A stretch of 64,000 nucleotides of DNA, taken from NCBI GenBank assembly GCA_013387215.1, contig WARW01000001.1, positions 119,301 through 183,300 of the forward strand. Direction: 5' to 3'. The position numbers and the translations under genes are program-made. Under the pieces are notes generated by a model that was given only the letters and a program-made list of their open reading frames with translations, was not told where the DNA came from and did not search any database. The DNA comes from Patescibacteria group bacterium (GTDB taxonomy: Bacteria; Patescibacteriota; Microgenomatia; UBA12405). Below are positions 30,644-39,650 of this stretch, piece after piece (the stretch's first letter is position 1; each line of letters starts with the position of its first letter).

Positions 30644-31216
30644 ATGACAGTAGAAGAAATTGAAGAAATACTTGAAGCTGGAAAAGAGACCCAAAAGGTT
30701 GATTATAAAGAGTCGTGTCCTTGGGATGAATTTACATTTATTAAAGACTTTCTTGCGATGGCAAATAATCAAGATGGTGGAATGATTGTAATCGGAATGA
30801 AAGAAGATGGTCAAACATTTACGAGACAAGGAATAATACCAGAACACAAAACTACTTATAAGATTGATGTTATGAAAGATAAAGTTGGCAAGTACGCCGA
30901 CCCTTATGTTTTTTTTGATGTTGACTTTCCAAAAGACAAAAACGGTCTTGAATATGTCGTAATAACTATATCCCCATTTGATAAAGTACCAGTCATTTGT
31001 AAAAAAGATGGTAAAGAAAATTTTGTAACAATCGGAAGTATTTACCATCGCGGATTTAATAGGCGAGCTGAGAGTACAAGAGTTTCAAGTTATTTTGATA
31101 TGAGAGAAATTATTGAAAGAGCAACAGTTAAGATGATGCAACACTTTGAAAAATTAGATTTAAAACCATCAAAAACAATAGAGGATAAATTTAAATCAGA
31201 AAGAGGTGACCTATGA
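30644..31216 (+). CDS. AlbA_2 (Schlafen-like) domain protein
   Basis: ETQKVDYKESCPWDEFTFIKDFLAMANNQDGGMIVIGMKEDGQ matches the AlbA_2/Schlafen core (E..d.K.....i.AfaN..GG.i.iGv.d.g). Confidence 0.5.
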   Translation: MTVEEIEEILEAGKETQKVDYKESCPWDEFTFIKDFLAMANNQDGGMIVIGMKEDGQTFTRQGIIPEHKTTYKIDVMKDKVGKYADPYVFFDVDFPKDKNGLEYVVITISPFDKVPVICKKDGKENFVTIGSIYHRGFNRRAESTRVSSYFDMREIIERATVKMMQHFEKLDLKPSKTIEDKFKSERGDL

Positions 31217-31938
31217 CAAGTAATGAAATAATTGCCAAGATTAAAACTAGAGGATATTGGAGAATTGTTTTTGAACCATTAGAGTTTATACCTGATAAGT
31301 ATCCTATTTCAGACTGCAAGGAACTAGTCAATAAAAACAAAGTTAGTATGAGAGGTTGGGACTACCCTCATTATCCTGTTAGACAAGATGATGATTCAAA
31401 ACTTGAACCTGGGAATAACTATTGGCAAGGATGGATTGATTGGGAAAGATATAAAGAATTCTGGAGGTTTTATCAGAGCGGACAATTTGTTCACTATCTT
31501 GGTGTTCGTGAGGACTGGTCGGAAGACATCATTTTCAAAAATATGTGGGAGCAAGGCGATAGAACAATAAAACCAGGAGAGGCGCTCGGGGTAGTAAGTA
31601 CAACCTTTTTAATGACAGAAATTTTTCATTTTTTATCACGACTTATGATTGATGGGGTTTATCAAACAGGTGTAAAAGTCAAAATTTCGCTGATAAATAC
31701 AAGCAATAGACAACTTTTTATTGAGTCTTTTGATAGGGTGCCATTTACTTCACCAAGAACTACTGCAGGTTCAGAATTAAATTACGAAATCACCTTGTCA
31801 AAAGGTGATTTACTGACCGATATAAATAAAGCTGCCGAACAAGTAATTGTATTTTTCTATAAAAGATTTGGTTGGGACCCACCTAATATAGAAGTAATCA
31901 AATCAGACCAAGAAAAACTTGTAAGTGGAAGATTGTAA
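31213..31938 (+). CDS. hypothetical protein, translationally coupled to the AlbA_2 gene
   Basis: ATGA start/stop overlap with the upstream gene; no recognisable motif. Confidence 0.35.
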   Translation: MTSNEIIAKIKTRGYWRIVFEPLEFIPDKYPISDCKELVNKNKVSMRGWDYPHYPVRQDDDSKLEPGNNYWQGWIDWERYKEFWRFYQSGQFVHYLGVREDWSEDIIFKNMWEQGDRTIKPGEALGVVSTTFLMTEIFHFLSRLMIDGVYQTGVKVKISLINTSNRQLFIESFDRVPFTSPRTTAGSELNYEITLSKGDLLTDINKAAEQVIVFFYKRFGWDPPNIEVIKSDQEKLVSGRL

Positions 31939-32132
31939 ATAGTATATCAAAATGTATCAGTAGTATATTTGAAAATATTATAAAAATATAAGTAAGAAAT
32001 GTTTTTATCAGTCAAAGTTCTTTTTATCCTTATTTTTCTATTCACAAACCGCTTTACTGGGCTTACATTCAAAAGTGATGGGTGGGGTATATCTTAATCA
32101 AAATGTACAAGAGATATTGATACAATTCCAAT

Positions 32133-32981
32133 ATGACTACAAATTGGGTAAAAGCTTACAATGCTGGTTACGATTCAGCAAGTCAAACATTCAGAACCCA
32201 TCTAAACTATGTTAAATGCATGGACAGGCTTACTCTTGGTTTGAGTATTACAGTAAACAATTCTGCAAGTCAAACATTATCAAAACAAAAAATAGCAAAG
32301 TTTGAAACTTTGGCTCATATTACTGAAATTAGTATTGGCGGAGAAAAGACTGCATGCGACAATCAAAAGGAATATGCACAGGTGGCATCACCTTGGATAC
32401 CTGTTAAGTGTTACTACTACCTATATTATCTTGAATCTGTATTCCTTTATTTACTAAACAGTTCTGAAGCTGGATTTAACCATAATGGTCACTCAACTGT
32501 GAAAAGCATGTTGTTATCAATGATAAAAAATAATGAGATTACTTTAGTTGGTTCTGGGTCGTCAAGTTTGTCAACCATCACTACATGGCTCCAAGCTGAT
32601 AATTTTAAAACACCAGGTTCAACACTTAGCCCAAGCTATCATTCATCTACAGACTGTGAGAACTCATTGAGAGGAAAAATTGCTGAATACATTGAGGTTG
32701 ATTGGAAACAGAGTTTAAAAATAAAAGACTATAAAAAAAATACAGCTAAAAATCTGAAGGTAACTCTTCTCCAACCAAAAGAATTCTGTTTATTGGACTA
32801 TTTTTACTGGATGAGAATCAAATCAAATTATCGCGATATTGATTTTCTTGATTTTGATAATAATGTAAATGAAAGTGATGCCTATGAGTATTTAACATAT
32901 TATATTAAAACAACTTTTCAGTATGCCAATGCACTAAAATCTTCTATTCAAGCTTTAAAACAAAATAGGGGAATGGTGTAA
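32133..32981 (+). CDS. hypothetical protein
   Basis: 282-aa ORF; no motif. Confidence 0.3.
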   Translation: MTTNWVKAYNAGYDSASQTFRTHLNYVKCMDRLTLGLSITVNNSASQTLSKQKIAKFETLAHITEISIGGEKTACDNQKEYAQVASPWIPVKCYYYLYYLESVFLYLLNSSEAGFNHNGHSTVKSMLLSMIKNNEITLVGSGSSSLSTITTWLQADNFKTPGSTLSPSYHSSTDCENSLRGKIAEYIEVDWKQSLKIKDYKKNTAKNLKVTLLQPKEFCLLDYFYWMRIKSNYRDIDFLDFDNNVNESDAYEYLTYYIKTTFQYANALKSSIQALKQNRGMV

Positions 32982-33020
32982 AAGTCTTAATTTGTTAGTC
33001 AAAATGATATCATTTGTCTA

Positions 33021-33479
33021 ATGATTGAAGAAAAATTAAATTCAGTATTAACGGGGGTATCTGGGGAATATTTTGTAGCTGCAGAATTGTCTAAAAGAGG
33101 ATTTTTAGCTTCAATTACTTTAAGAAACACCAAGGGTGTTGATATTCTTTGTTCAAACTCAGATGCATCCAAAACAGTCGGAATACAAGTTAAATCAAAC
33201 AAGGGTTCAAATAGAAGTTGGATATTAAATCAAAAAGCTGAAGATTATTTTGCTGATAGTCTGTTTTATGTTTTTGTTTGTCTGAATGATAATCAAAAAC
33301 ATCCTGATTATTTTATTGTTCCAAGTAAGGTTGTTGCCAATTACTGCAAGAGCGGTCATTCAAATTGGCTAAAAACACCAAGCAAGAAAGGACAACAACA
33401 CAAAGATACTCCAATGAGAAAATTTGACGACCCAAAAGAAAATTATTTAGACAAATGGAATTTATTACTAGGGGAATAG
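33021..33479 (+). CDS. PD-(D/E)xK-type nuclease-like protein (DUF4365-like)
   Basis: GEYFVAAELSKRGF...GVDILC...VGIQVKSN fits the D...(E/Q)xK restriction-endonuclease-like core. Confidence 0.4.
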   Translation: MIEEKLNSVLTGVSGEYFVAAELSKRGFLASITLRNTKGVDILCSNSDASKTVGIQVKSNKGSNRSWILNQKAEDYFADSLFYVFVCLNDNQKHPDYFIVPSKVVANYCKSGHSNWLKTPSKKGQQHKDTPMRKFDDPKENYLDKWNLLLGE

Positions 33480-33506
33480 TCAGTTGTTTAATTGTTTATT
33501 TTTAGA

Positions 33507-35063
33507 TTAAAACCCACAAACAGCAGTCCTGATTGAATCTAGGACGGGGAGCAAGTTGCTTGTTAATATAAGTGATTTTTGTTTGATCAGCTCAGCCACT
33601 AAAGGAGAATATTCCACACTTACAATGTTTTTATTATCCACATTAATTCTATTGAAGAAAAAATTTAAATATCTTCTTTTAAGAAAAACGGGGGAGTTAG
33701 AATAAGTTTTTGGGATATTTCTTGTAATGGAGAGCACTTCTGAAAGCAAATCAAAATCAAATTCTCTATTCGTATCCAATTTAGCCAATTCAGTATTTAC
33801 ACAATAAATATCATTCTGAATAATCGGATTTTGTGCTTTATAGTCTTCAGGTTCAATAGTTTCATCAAGTAAACGTGCCAATAAAATCTCAGCCTTTTTA
33901 GTTAACTCATTCTTCCTTCTCATAAGTCTATTTCTTTCCTTATCCTCTTCCTTTTTTCGCTCTTTTAGATATCTCTTTATTTTTACGACTAAAGCATTTG
34001 TAAACGCTTTTGAAAATTTAATATTTTGGAAATAGTTTTCAACCTTTCCTTCTAATTCATTTACTTCAACGCTTGGAGCATCACACGGAAACCTTTTGGC
34101 GCAATGATATATGCCATATTTTCCATCCCATTTTGCAAACTTAACATTATCATAATGATATTCTGCGGTATATCTCTGACCGCAACGATCACAAAAAATA
34201 ACGCCTCTTAAAAGGAAATCGTATTTTCTTTCCCTTATAATAAAATTTCTATGTTTAGCAGCTACCTGTTGGCACAAATCGAATGTCCGTTTAGAAATCA
34301 AAGGAATATGTTTACCAAGTTTTTGCTGCCCTTTCCATTGCATTAGACCATAATAAAAAGGATTGGTTAGAATTTTATTCATTGTGGAATGTGCTAATGG
34401 TTTTCCAGTTCTTGTTCTTAACCCCTTTTTTGATAAAAAGCTAATAAGACGAAACAAACTATAATTACCAGTCGAATATTTTTTAAAAGCAAGTGTAATA
34501 AAAGGACTAATTTTCTTATCGATTACAACTATTCCTTTATTATTCTTCCTTTGATTTTTGTAACCTAAAGGTGCCCATCCAGGCCACCAACCTTCTTCCC
34601 ATTTTCGGTCTAACCCTCTTTTAGTTTTTCTACTCAGGTCTTCTGAATAAAATTGATTTATACCTGCCATAAATGTATCCAACATCTTTCCTTCTGGAGA
34701 TTCGTCAAGCATAGGCTGTACAACCGAGATTAGTCTTGTGCCCACCGCTTTTATTCTTTCTTTAATTAAAAAATGGTCTGTTGCATTACGAGCGAATCTA
34801 TCGGTGTTATATACAATTATTGCTGCAGGTTTTATTGTATCCACCTGCTCTAACATTTTTAGAAATTCAGGTCTGTTTGAAACCGTAGCACTTTGACCTT
34901 CATCAACAAACGTATTTAAAACATTGTAATGTTGCCTTTTAGCCTCTTTTAGACAAATATCTTTTTGAGCATCAATAGAGTACCCTTCTTTTGCTTGTTC
35001 TTCAGTAGAAACTCTACAATAAATAAAACAATTTAATTTATTATTATCGTTTTCCATATCCAT
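33507..35063 (-). CDS. large serine recombinase 2
   Basis: N-terminus FIYCRVSTEEQAKEGYSIDAQ (catalytic Ser), recombinase domain and zinc ribbon (CDRCGQ...YHC). C-terminal tail PVLDSIRTAVCGF is encoded antisense to the relic tRNA 3' half, parallel to recombinase 1. Confidence 0.8.
   Translation of the reverse strand: MDMENDNNKLNCFIYCRVSTEEQAKEGYSIDAQKDICLKEAKRQHYNVLNTFVDEGQSATVSNRPEFLKMLEQVDTIKPAAIIVYNTDRFARNATDHFLIKERIKAVGTRLISVVQPMLDESPEGKMLDTFMAGINQFYSEDLSRKTKRGLDRKWEEGWWPGWAPLGYKNQRKNNKGIVVIDKKISPFITLAFKKYSTGNYSLFRLISFLSKKGLRTRTGKPLAHSTMNKILTNPFYYGLMQWKGQQKLGKHIPLISKRTFDLCQQVAAKHRNFIIRERKYDFLLRGVIFCDRCGQRYTAEYHYDNVKFAKWDGKYGIYHCAKRFPCDAPSVEVNELEGKVENYFQNIKFSKAFTNALVVKIKRYLKERKKEEDKERNRLMRRKNELTKKAEILLARLLDETIEPEDYKAQNPIIQNDIYCVNTELAKLDTNREFDFDLLSEVLSITRNIPKTYSNSPVFLKRRYLNFFFNRINVDNKNIVSVEYSPLVAELIKQKSLILTSNLLPVLDSIRTAVCGF
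33513..33550 (+). other. degenerate copy of the tRNA-Asn 3' half (attR-like relic)
   Basis: CAGCAG-TCCTGATTGAATCTAGGACGGGGAGC aligns with tRNA-Asn positions ~39-73 (CGGCAGGTCCTTGGTTCGAGTCCAAGCGGGGGAGC). It has the same orientation as the tRNA and is overlapped antisense by the C-terminus of the second serine recombinase. Confidence 0.45.
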
Positions 35064-35391
35064 TTAACTAAATAATTAATAATATAATCTAACGGTTATT
35101 TAGGACAACTTTTATCATTATTAATATTATTTTCTAATCCATTCTTGCTAAGACATTCTTTCGATTTATCTACATTCAATACTTGTATTTTCTTCTGGCT
35201 TTGCTGATATTCAATAGTAGCCATTGCTATTTCAAACCACTGGTTTACAGCTGTATCTAAGCTGCTTTCCGTTAAAGCAGGTAATTTTTTACCTATATCC
35301 ATAAAGACTCCTTACTCACATCCATAAGTGCGGATACTTATCAGGAGCCTGTGGATAGGCTTTGAACGAGAATTAATTAATAATTAATAAC

Positions 35392-35706
35392 TTACATAGT
35401 TATATTTTTTGCCTTATATAACTCATTTTTAAATCTATCAACGCTTTCTAATAGGTCGATAGGGTGAATCATTGGCGCTGTCCGGTTATAAAAGGCGTTA
35501 ATAGCCTTGATGACTATTGCTTCAGGTGAAAATTTAAAATAAATTATTCCGGCAATTTCTTCAGTTCCAAGATAATTCAATTCAGGTAATAAAAAAAGGA
35601 AAGGTATAAGGCGTTTGTCTTTTTCGAAATGTATTTTATAGTTTTGCTTATCCATAATAAATCCATAAATTAGGTGAATGGTAAATAATAAAAAAAACCG
35701 CGGCAT
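35392..35706 (-). CDS. hypothetical protein
   Basis: 104-aa ORF flanked by a 12-bp direct repeat CCTGTGGATAGG (35348-35359 and 35739-35750). Confidence 0.3.
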   Translation of the reverse strand: MPRFFLLFTIHLIYGFIMDKQNYKIHFEKDKRLIPFLFLLPELNYLGTEEIAGIIYFKFSPEAIVIKAINAFYNRTAPMIHPIDLLESVDRFKNELYKAKNITM

Positions 35707-35879
35707 TCACCTCGGTTTCACTTTCGAATAAGCTCTTCCCTGTGGATAGGGATTAAACCTATATAAACGATATCAAATGATATCTTTACTGTCAAACATT
35801 AGGAAAAGACACTTAATCACCCCTCTTTTACCCCCTTTATAGCACCTATAAAACACCTAAGTCTTACACGAATCAGAAA

Positions 35880-36212
35880 TTAGTTGTTATATTTCAAGTT
35901 AAAAGCATCATCCGACATGGACAAGTATATAATCCCTTCAATAAAGCTAACTAACCAAAGAATTACCAGTCCTATTCCAAATGTGAGTAAGCTAATTACT
36001 AAATAAATTATTCCGACTTTGCTTTTTCCTAAATAAAATTTGTGGATTCCTAAACCCCCTAAGAAAAAGGCAAATAAGGCAGCTCCTACTTTAGATCTAT
36101 TTTCTTTCTTTAAAGAAGGTTGTCTAACTCCACACTTAGGGCACACCTCTGCTTCTTCAAATAACTCATTTCCACACTTATAACAGAACTTTTTACTGTT
36201 ATTATCCACCAT
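35880..36212 (-). CDS. zinc-ribbon plus TM2-domain membrane protein
   Basis: CYKCGNELFEEAEVCPKCG zinc ribbon followed by the TM2 domain (GGLGIHKFYLGKSKVGIIYLV...). Confidence 0.5.
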   Translation of the reverse strand: MVDNNSKKFCYKCGNELFEEAEVCPKCGVRQPSLKKENRSKVGAALFAFFLGGLGIHKFYLGKSKVGIIYLVISLLTFGIGLVILWLVSFIEGIIYLSMSDDAFNLKYNN

Positions 36213-36375
36213 AACTGTATTATATATGATTTGTAATATTTCTCAACTTTAGTCTAAAAAGTAAGACTAATATTTATAAATAATTTGAACAGTAATTTCT
36301 GTAATTTTTAACCAAAAAGAACAAATCTCTTGTTTAAATTTTTGTAATAGTGAGTACAATATCAGTAAATCGTAT

Positions 36376-37818
36376 ATGGATCTAAGATTTTCAAAATATT
36401 TTAAATTAGAAAAAAAACAGCATGAGCTTGATTTTGTTGATGTACCTTTAAATACTGATATTCGACTATTTATTGACCCTTACACGCTCTCTATAAGAAG
36501 CGACGAATTTTCAATGCAATGTAGCAATATAGTTATAAATTTTTTTCAAAGAATAATTGATGATATTAAAGACGGTCGATTTGAAAGTGCAAAATATAAC
36601 TTGAATAGACTTAGAGAACCTAATGAAACACACCTTGGTTTATCAAATGAAAATCCAATAGGTAAAGGAGTAAGTGGTAAACAGTCAATCGATATTTTTG
36701 AAAAATTAAAAAATAGTAGAGCTACAAAAACTGGTTTTTTAAAAGATTTATCTGATTGTGAATTGGTAATACCAGGGATTAGTAGGGATAAAATTTCCGA
36801 CATAGTTACTAATATTATTAAGATAAAATTATTAGAATATACACAGGCACAGTGTAATACATATAATATTCCCACCATTCCCGTTTCTTCAGGAAAATAT
36901 TGGAATCCCCAAAAAGGTATATGGGAAGAAGAATATTTTAATTTGCCTGTATATAAAAATAAAAAAATTATTTTAGTTCCTAAAGCAATTGTTCGTTATA
37001 CCTTAGAATACAATCAAAAAAAATATTACAATGGTTTCGTTTTAGAGTTTCTGCAGGAAGAACATCTCAATGCCAATACAGCCTTAGTACAATTGTTAAA
37101 AAATGGTACAAGAAGGGTAACTAAAAAGGATTTAAAAAAAGATCCTCGTTATAAACCAACAAAACAATTTTTATATGAATTTTCTAACGAGCATCCAGAA
37201 GTATTCGAGAAATACACTGACTCTCTACCTGAAAATGTTCCTTCATTATCAAATGAACAAATAGAGGCTAAACAACAAATTAGTGAAGATTTCGATTATG
37301 ATGCTTTAATCGAAAATCTTAAAAAGATTCCTACTGGTAAAGAAACTGAAGACGATTACCACAACTTGATAATAGGTATCTTAGAAGTAATTTTTTATCC
37401 AAATTTATTTAGCCCAGAAAAGGAAGTTCGAATTCATAATGGTAGGAAAAGAATAGATATTACTTATCAAAATGCAGCTAAGGATGGATTTTTTGAATAC
37501 ATAATTAACCACGTACCTTGTCCCTTTATTATCGCTGAATGTAAAAACTATAGTGAAGATCCTCAAAACCCAGAACTCGATCAATTAAGCGGTAGGTTTT
37601 CACCAAGAAGAGGTAGATTCGGCTTTTTAGTTTGTAGAAAAGTTGAAAATAAGGATTTGATGGATCAAAGATGTAAAGATACCGCGTGTGATGATAGAGG
37701 TTACATAATGGTGTTAGATGATAATGACTTGATAACTCTTATTAATTTTAGAAAAAGAAATGATCAACAATCGATTGAAGATTTTTTAACTAAAAAATAT
37801 AAAAACTTAGTAATGTAA
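36376..37818 (+). CDS. protein with C-terminal PD-(D/E)xK nuclease domain (first gene of a three-gene operon)
   Basis: C-terminal RIDITYQN...PFIIAECKNY...GFLVCRK matches the D...ExK restriction-endonuclease-like core; N-terminal ~330 aa of unknown function. Confidence 0.4.
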   Translation: MDLRFSKYFKLEKKQHELDFVDVPLNTDIRLFIDPYTLSIRSDEFSMQCSNIVINFFQRIIDDIKDGRFESAKYNLNRLREPNETHLGLSNENPIGKGVSGKQSIDIFEKLKNSRATKTGFLKDLSDCELVIPGISRDKISDIVTNIIKIKLLEYTQAQCNTYNIPTIPVSSGKYWNPQKGIWEEEYFNLPVYKNKKIILVPKAIVRYTLEYNQKKYYNGFVLEFLQEEHLNANTALVQLLKNGTRRVTKKDLKKDPRYKPTKQFLYEFSNEHPEVFEKYTDSLPENVPSLSNEQIEAKQQISEDFDYDALIENLKKIPTGKETEDDYHNLIIGILEVIFYPNLFSPEKEVRIHNGRKRIDITYQNAAKDGFFEYIINHVPCPFIIAECKNYSEDPQNPELDQLSGRFSPRRGRFGFLVCRKVENKDLMDQRCKDTACDDRGYIMVLDDNDLITLINFRKRNDQQSIEDFLTKKYKNLVM

Positions 37819-37820
37819 AA

Positions 37821-38558
37821 ATGAAGAAGATACGAAGAAGTAGCTTAAGAAGCCATAAGATAAAAAACAAAGAATTGGAATCTATATTTTCAGGATTAAA
37901 AATGAGCCAAGTTTACTGGCATAAAGATTTGCTTCCAGAATTTTTCTGGATAGAAGCACTTGTTAATTATTATGGAGAAGAGAGAGCAAATCATTATTAC
38001 AACGAATTTTTAGATTCTATTGAAAAGATATTTATTAATAATTCAAATATATATATTGGTATAGTAAGTGATTTTGGAGATATACCAGAAAAATATAGAA
38101 ATAAAATTGTAGAAAATAATAAATTATTAATTGAAGATGTAATTTACAAACCATTTGCGAATATTATAAAAATTTATCCAAATATTCCAATGAAATGGTT
38201 ATTGCAAGGTTTTGACTTATCAAAGATCGATGAACAAGATGGAATAAAACAAGTTGTTGAAGCTATTAAAAGACTGTATCCTGCAAAGGATAATCATTGT
38301 GGTTTTTGTAGGGCAATTCCACTTAATAGATATTTTAAACATAAAAAAATATTTCTAACGTCAAATTTAGCAGAAACAATAAAAGCAGTTGAACAATATC
38401 CATTGGGAGATAGATACAGGGTTGAAACTTTAGCAAGAAATATAATTAACCACGATATCTTAAATAAAATTAACTCTTGTATGATCTCTGATAAGTTACT
38501 TTGGTCAAAAGATTTTTGGTGTACTAATTATAAATTGACAAAATGTGATGAACAATGA
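37821..38558 (+). CDS. hypothetical protein (operon gene 2)
   Basis: Starts 3 nt after the upstream stop; no recognisable motif. Confidence 0.35.
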   Translation: MKKIRRSSLRSHKIKNKELESIFSGLKMSQVYWHKDLLPEFFWIEALVNYYGEERANHYYNEFLDSIEKIFINNSNIYIGIVSDFGDIPEKYRNKIVENNKLLIEDVIYKPFANIIKIYPNIPMKWLLQGFDLSKIDEQDGIKQVVEAIKRLYPAKDNHCGFCRAIPLNRYFKHKKIFLTSNLAETIKAVEQYPLGDRYRVETLARNIINHDILNKINSCMISDKLLWSKDFWCTNYKLTKCDEQ

Positions 38559-39355
38559 TTTCAAAAAAACAAAGAAGCTCTATAAATAAACTCAGACAAG
38601 CAACTAATCGCGGAAGAATAATGATTGATGATGTATTAGAGATCATCAGGAACCAAGTAGACAATCAACAAGTAAACATATATGAACCAGAAGAAAACGA
38701 AGTGATAAATGGATTATTTTTTAGAGTTCTACGTTTTTATCACTCTTATGTAATAAGTTTTCACTTTTGGGCAGAAGATATGCATAGAATAATTACAAGA
38801 ACCATTATTGAATCATTTATTTATCTTTCATATTTAATAAATACCAATAAAAAAGAAATCTACCTGGAATTTATTAAATATGGTATTGGTCAAGAAAAGT
38901 TATATAAACTCCAATTAGCAAAATTAATTGAAGAGAAAAAAATACAACCGTCAAGTGAAATAATAGATTATATAAATTCTGATAGTGATGAGGAAATTTG
39001 GGATGAATTAATATCAATAAAATTAAAAAATTTTGAGGACTTGAGAAAACTGTCAAATAAAATAAACGAAAGCGAACTTTACAGTATTAAATATCAACCC
39101 TATTCTGATGTCATACACGGACATTGGATGGCTTTAAAAAAATATTATCTAAAGAAATGTTCTAACCCAATGCATAGATTTCATTACATACCAAACTTTA
39201 TATTGCCAAACATTAATCCAATAGGTTTAGTTGAAATTACTAATCTCTTTTATCAATGCTATTTATTATGGATTAAGAAAAATAATTTTGAAAATAAAAT
39301 TGAGAAAGTAATTGATTCTTATCTAAATGATTTAAATCAAATATTCTCAATATAA
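38555..39355 (+). CDS. hypothetical protein (operon gene 3)
   Basis: ATGA overlap with the gene 2 stop; no recognisable motif. Confidence 0.35.
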   Translation: MISKKQRSSINKLRQATNRGRIMIDDVLEIIRNQVDNQQVNIYEPEENEVINGLFFRVLRFYHSYVISFHFWAEDMHRIITRTIIESFIYLSYLINTNKKEIYLEFIKYGIGQEKLYKLQLAKLIEEKKIQPSSEIIDYINSDSDEEIWDELISIKLKNFEDLRKLSNKINESELYSIKYQPYSDVIHGHWMALKKYYLKKCSNPMHRFHYIPNFILPNINPIGLVEITNLFYQCYLLWIKKNNFENKIEKVIDSYLNDLNQIFSI

Positions 39356-39461
39356 AATTAAATATCTACACTGAGTGTAAGACCAGTCGAACCAAAATTA
39401 TTTATAACATCAATTATTTTTTTAATCGATTCATTTATATTAAGACTTGGACTGGGGAGCA

Positions 39462-39650
39462 TTAGTTTAATAATGAGTCAAAATCATTTCTTTTAGTCTT
39501 ATAATTACTTTCATCAAAACTAAATTCTTTTAATATTTCACAGCCTTTGGTTTGGTAATATTTCTTTAGTCTCTCAACCTCAGCTGGGAATGATATTCCA
39601 GCCTCTTTTTGTTCGTCTGTACCAACCCGCGCAATTATTATTGATTTCAT
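39462..39650 (-). pseudogene. serine recombinase/resolvase N-terminal fragment with catalytic Ser replaced by Gly
   Basis: MKSIIIARVGTDEQ...LKKYYQTKGCEILKEFSFDESNYKTKRNDFDSLL aligns to the resolvase N-terminus (ARVSTdeQ ... G.sG....R.gl..LL) but stops after 62 aa; S to G at the catalytic position. Confidence 0.55.

Larger units (their letters stand above)
21558..33506. mobile_element. genomic island 1, integrated at the tRNA-Asn 3' half; carries a large serine recombinase and membrane/defence-type cargo
   Basis: The serine recombinase gene abuts tRNA-Asn and reads through it antisense. Cargo is not core. A degenerate direct copy of the tRNA-Asn 3' half at 33513-33550 marks the probable distal end (attR-like). 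Confidence 0.5.

Noticed and set aside
21558-33506. Island 1 as a prophage
   Set aside because: No terminase, portal, capsid, tail or lysis genes recognisable; cargo is membrane/zinc-ribbon and defence-like. Better described as an integrative island.
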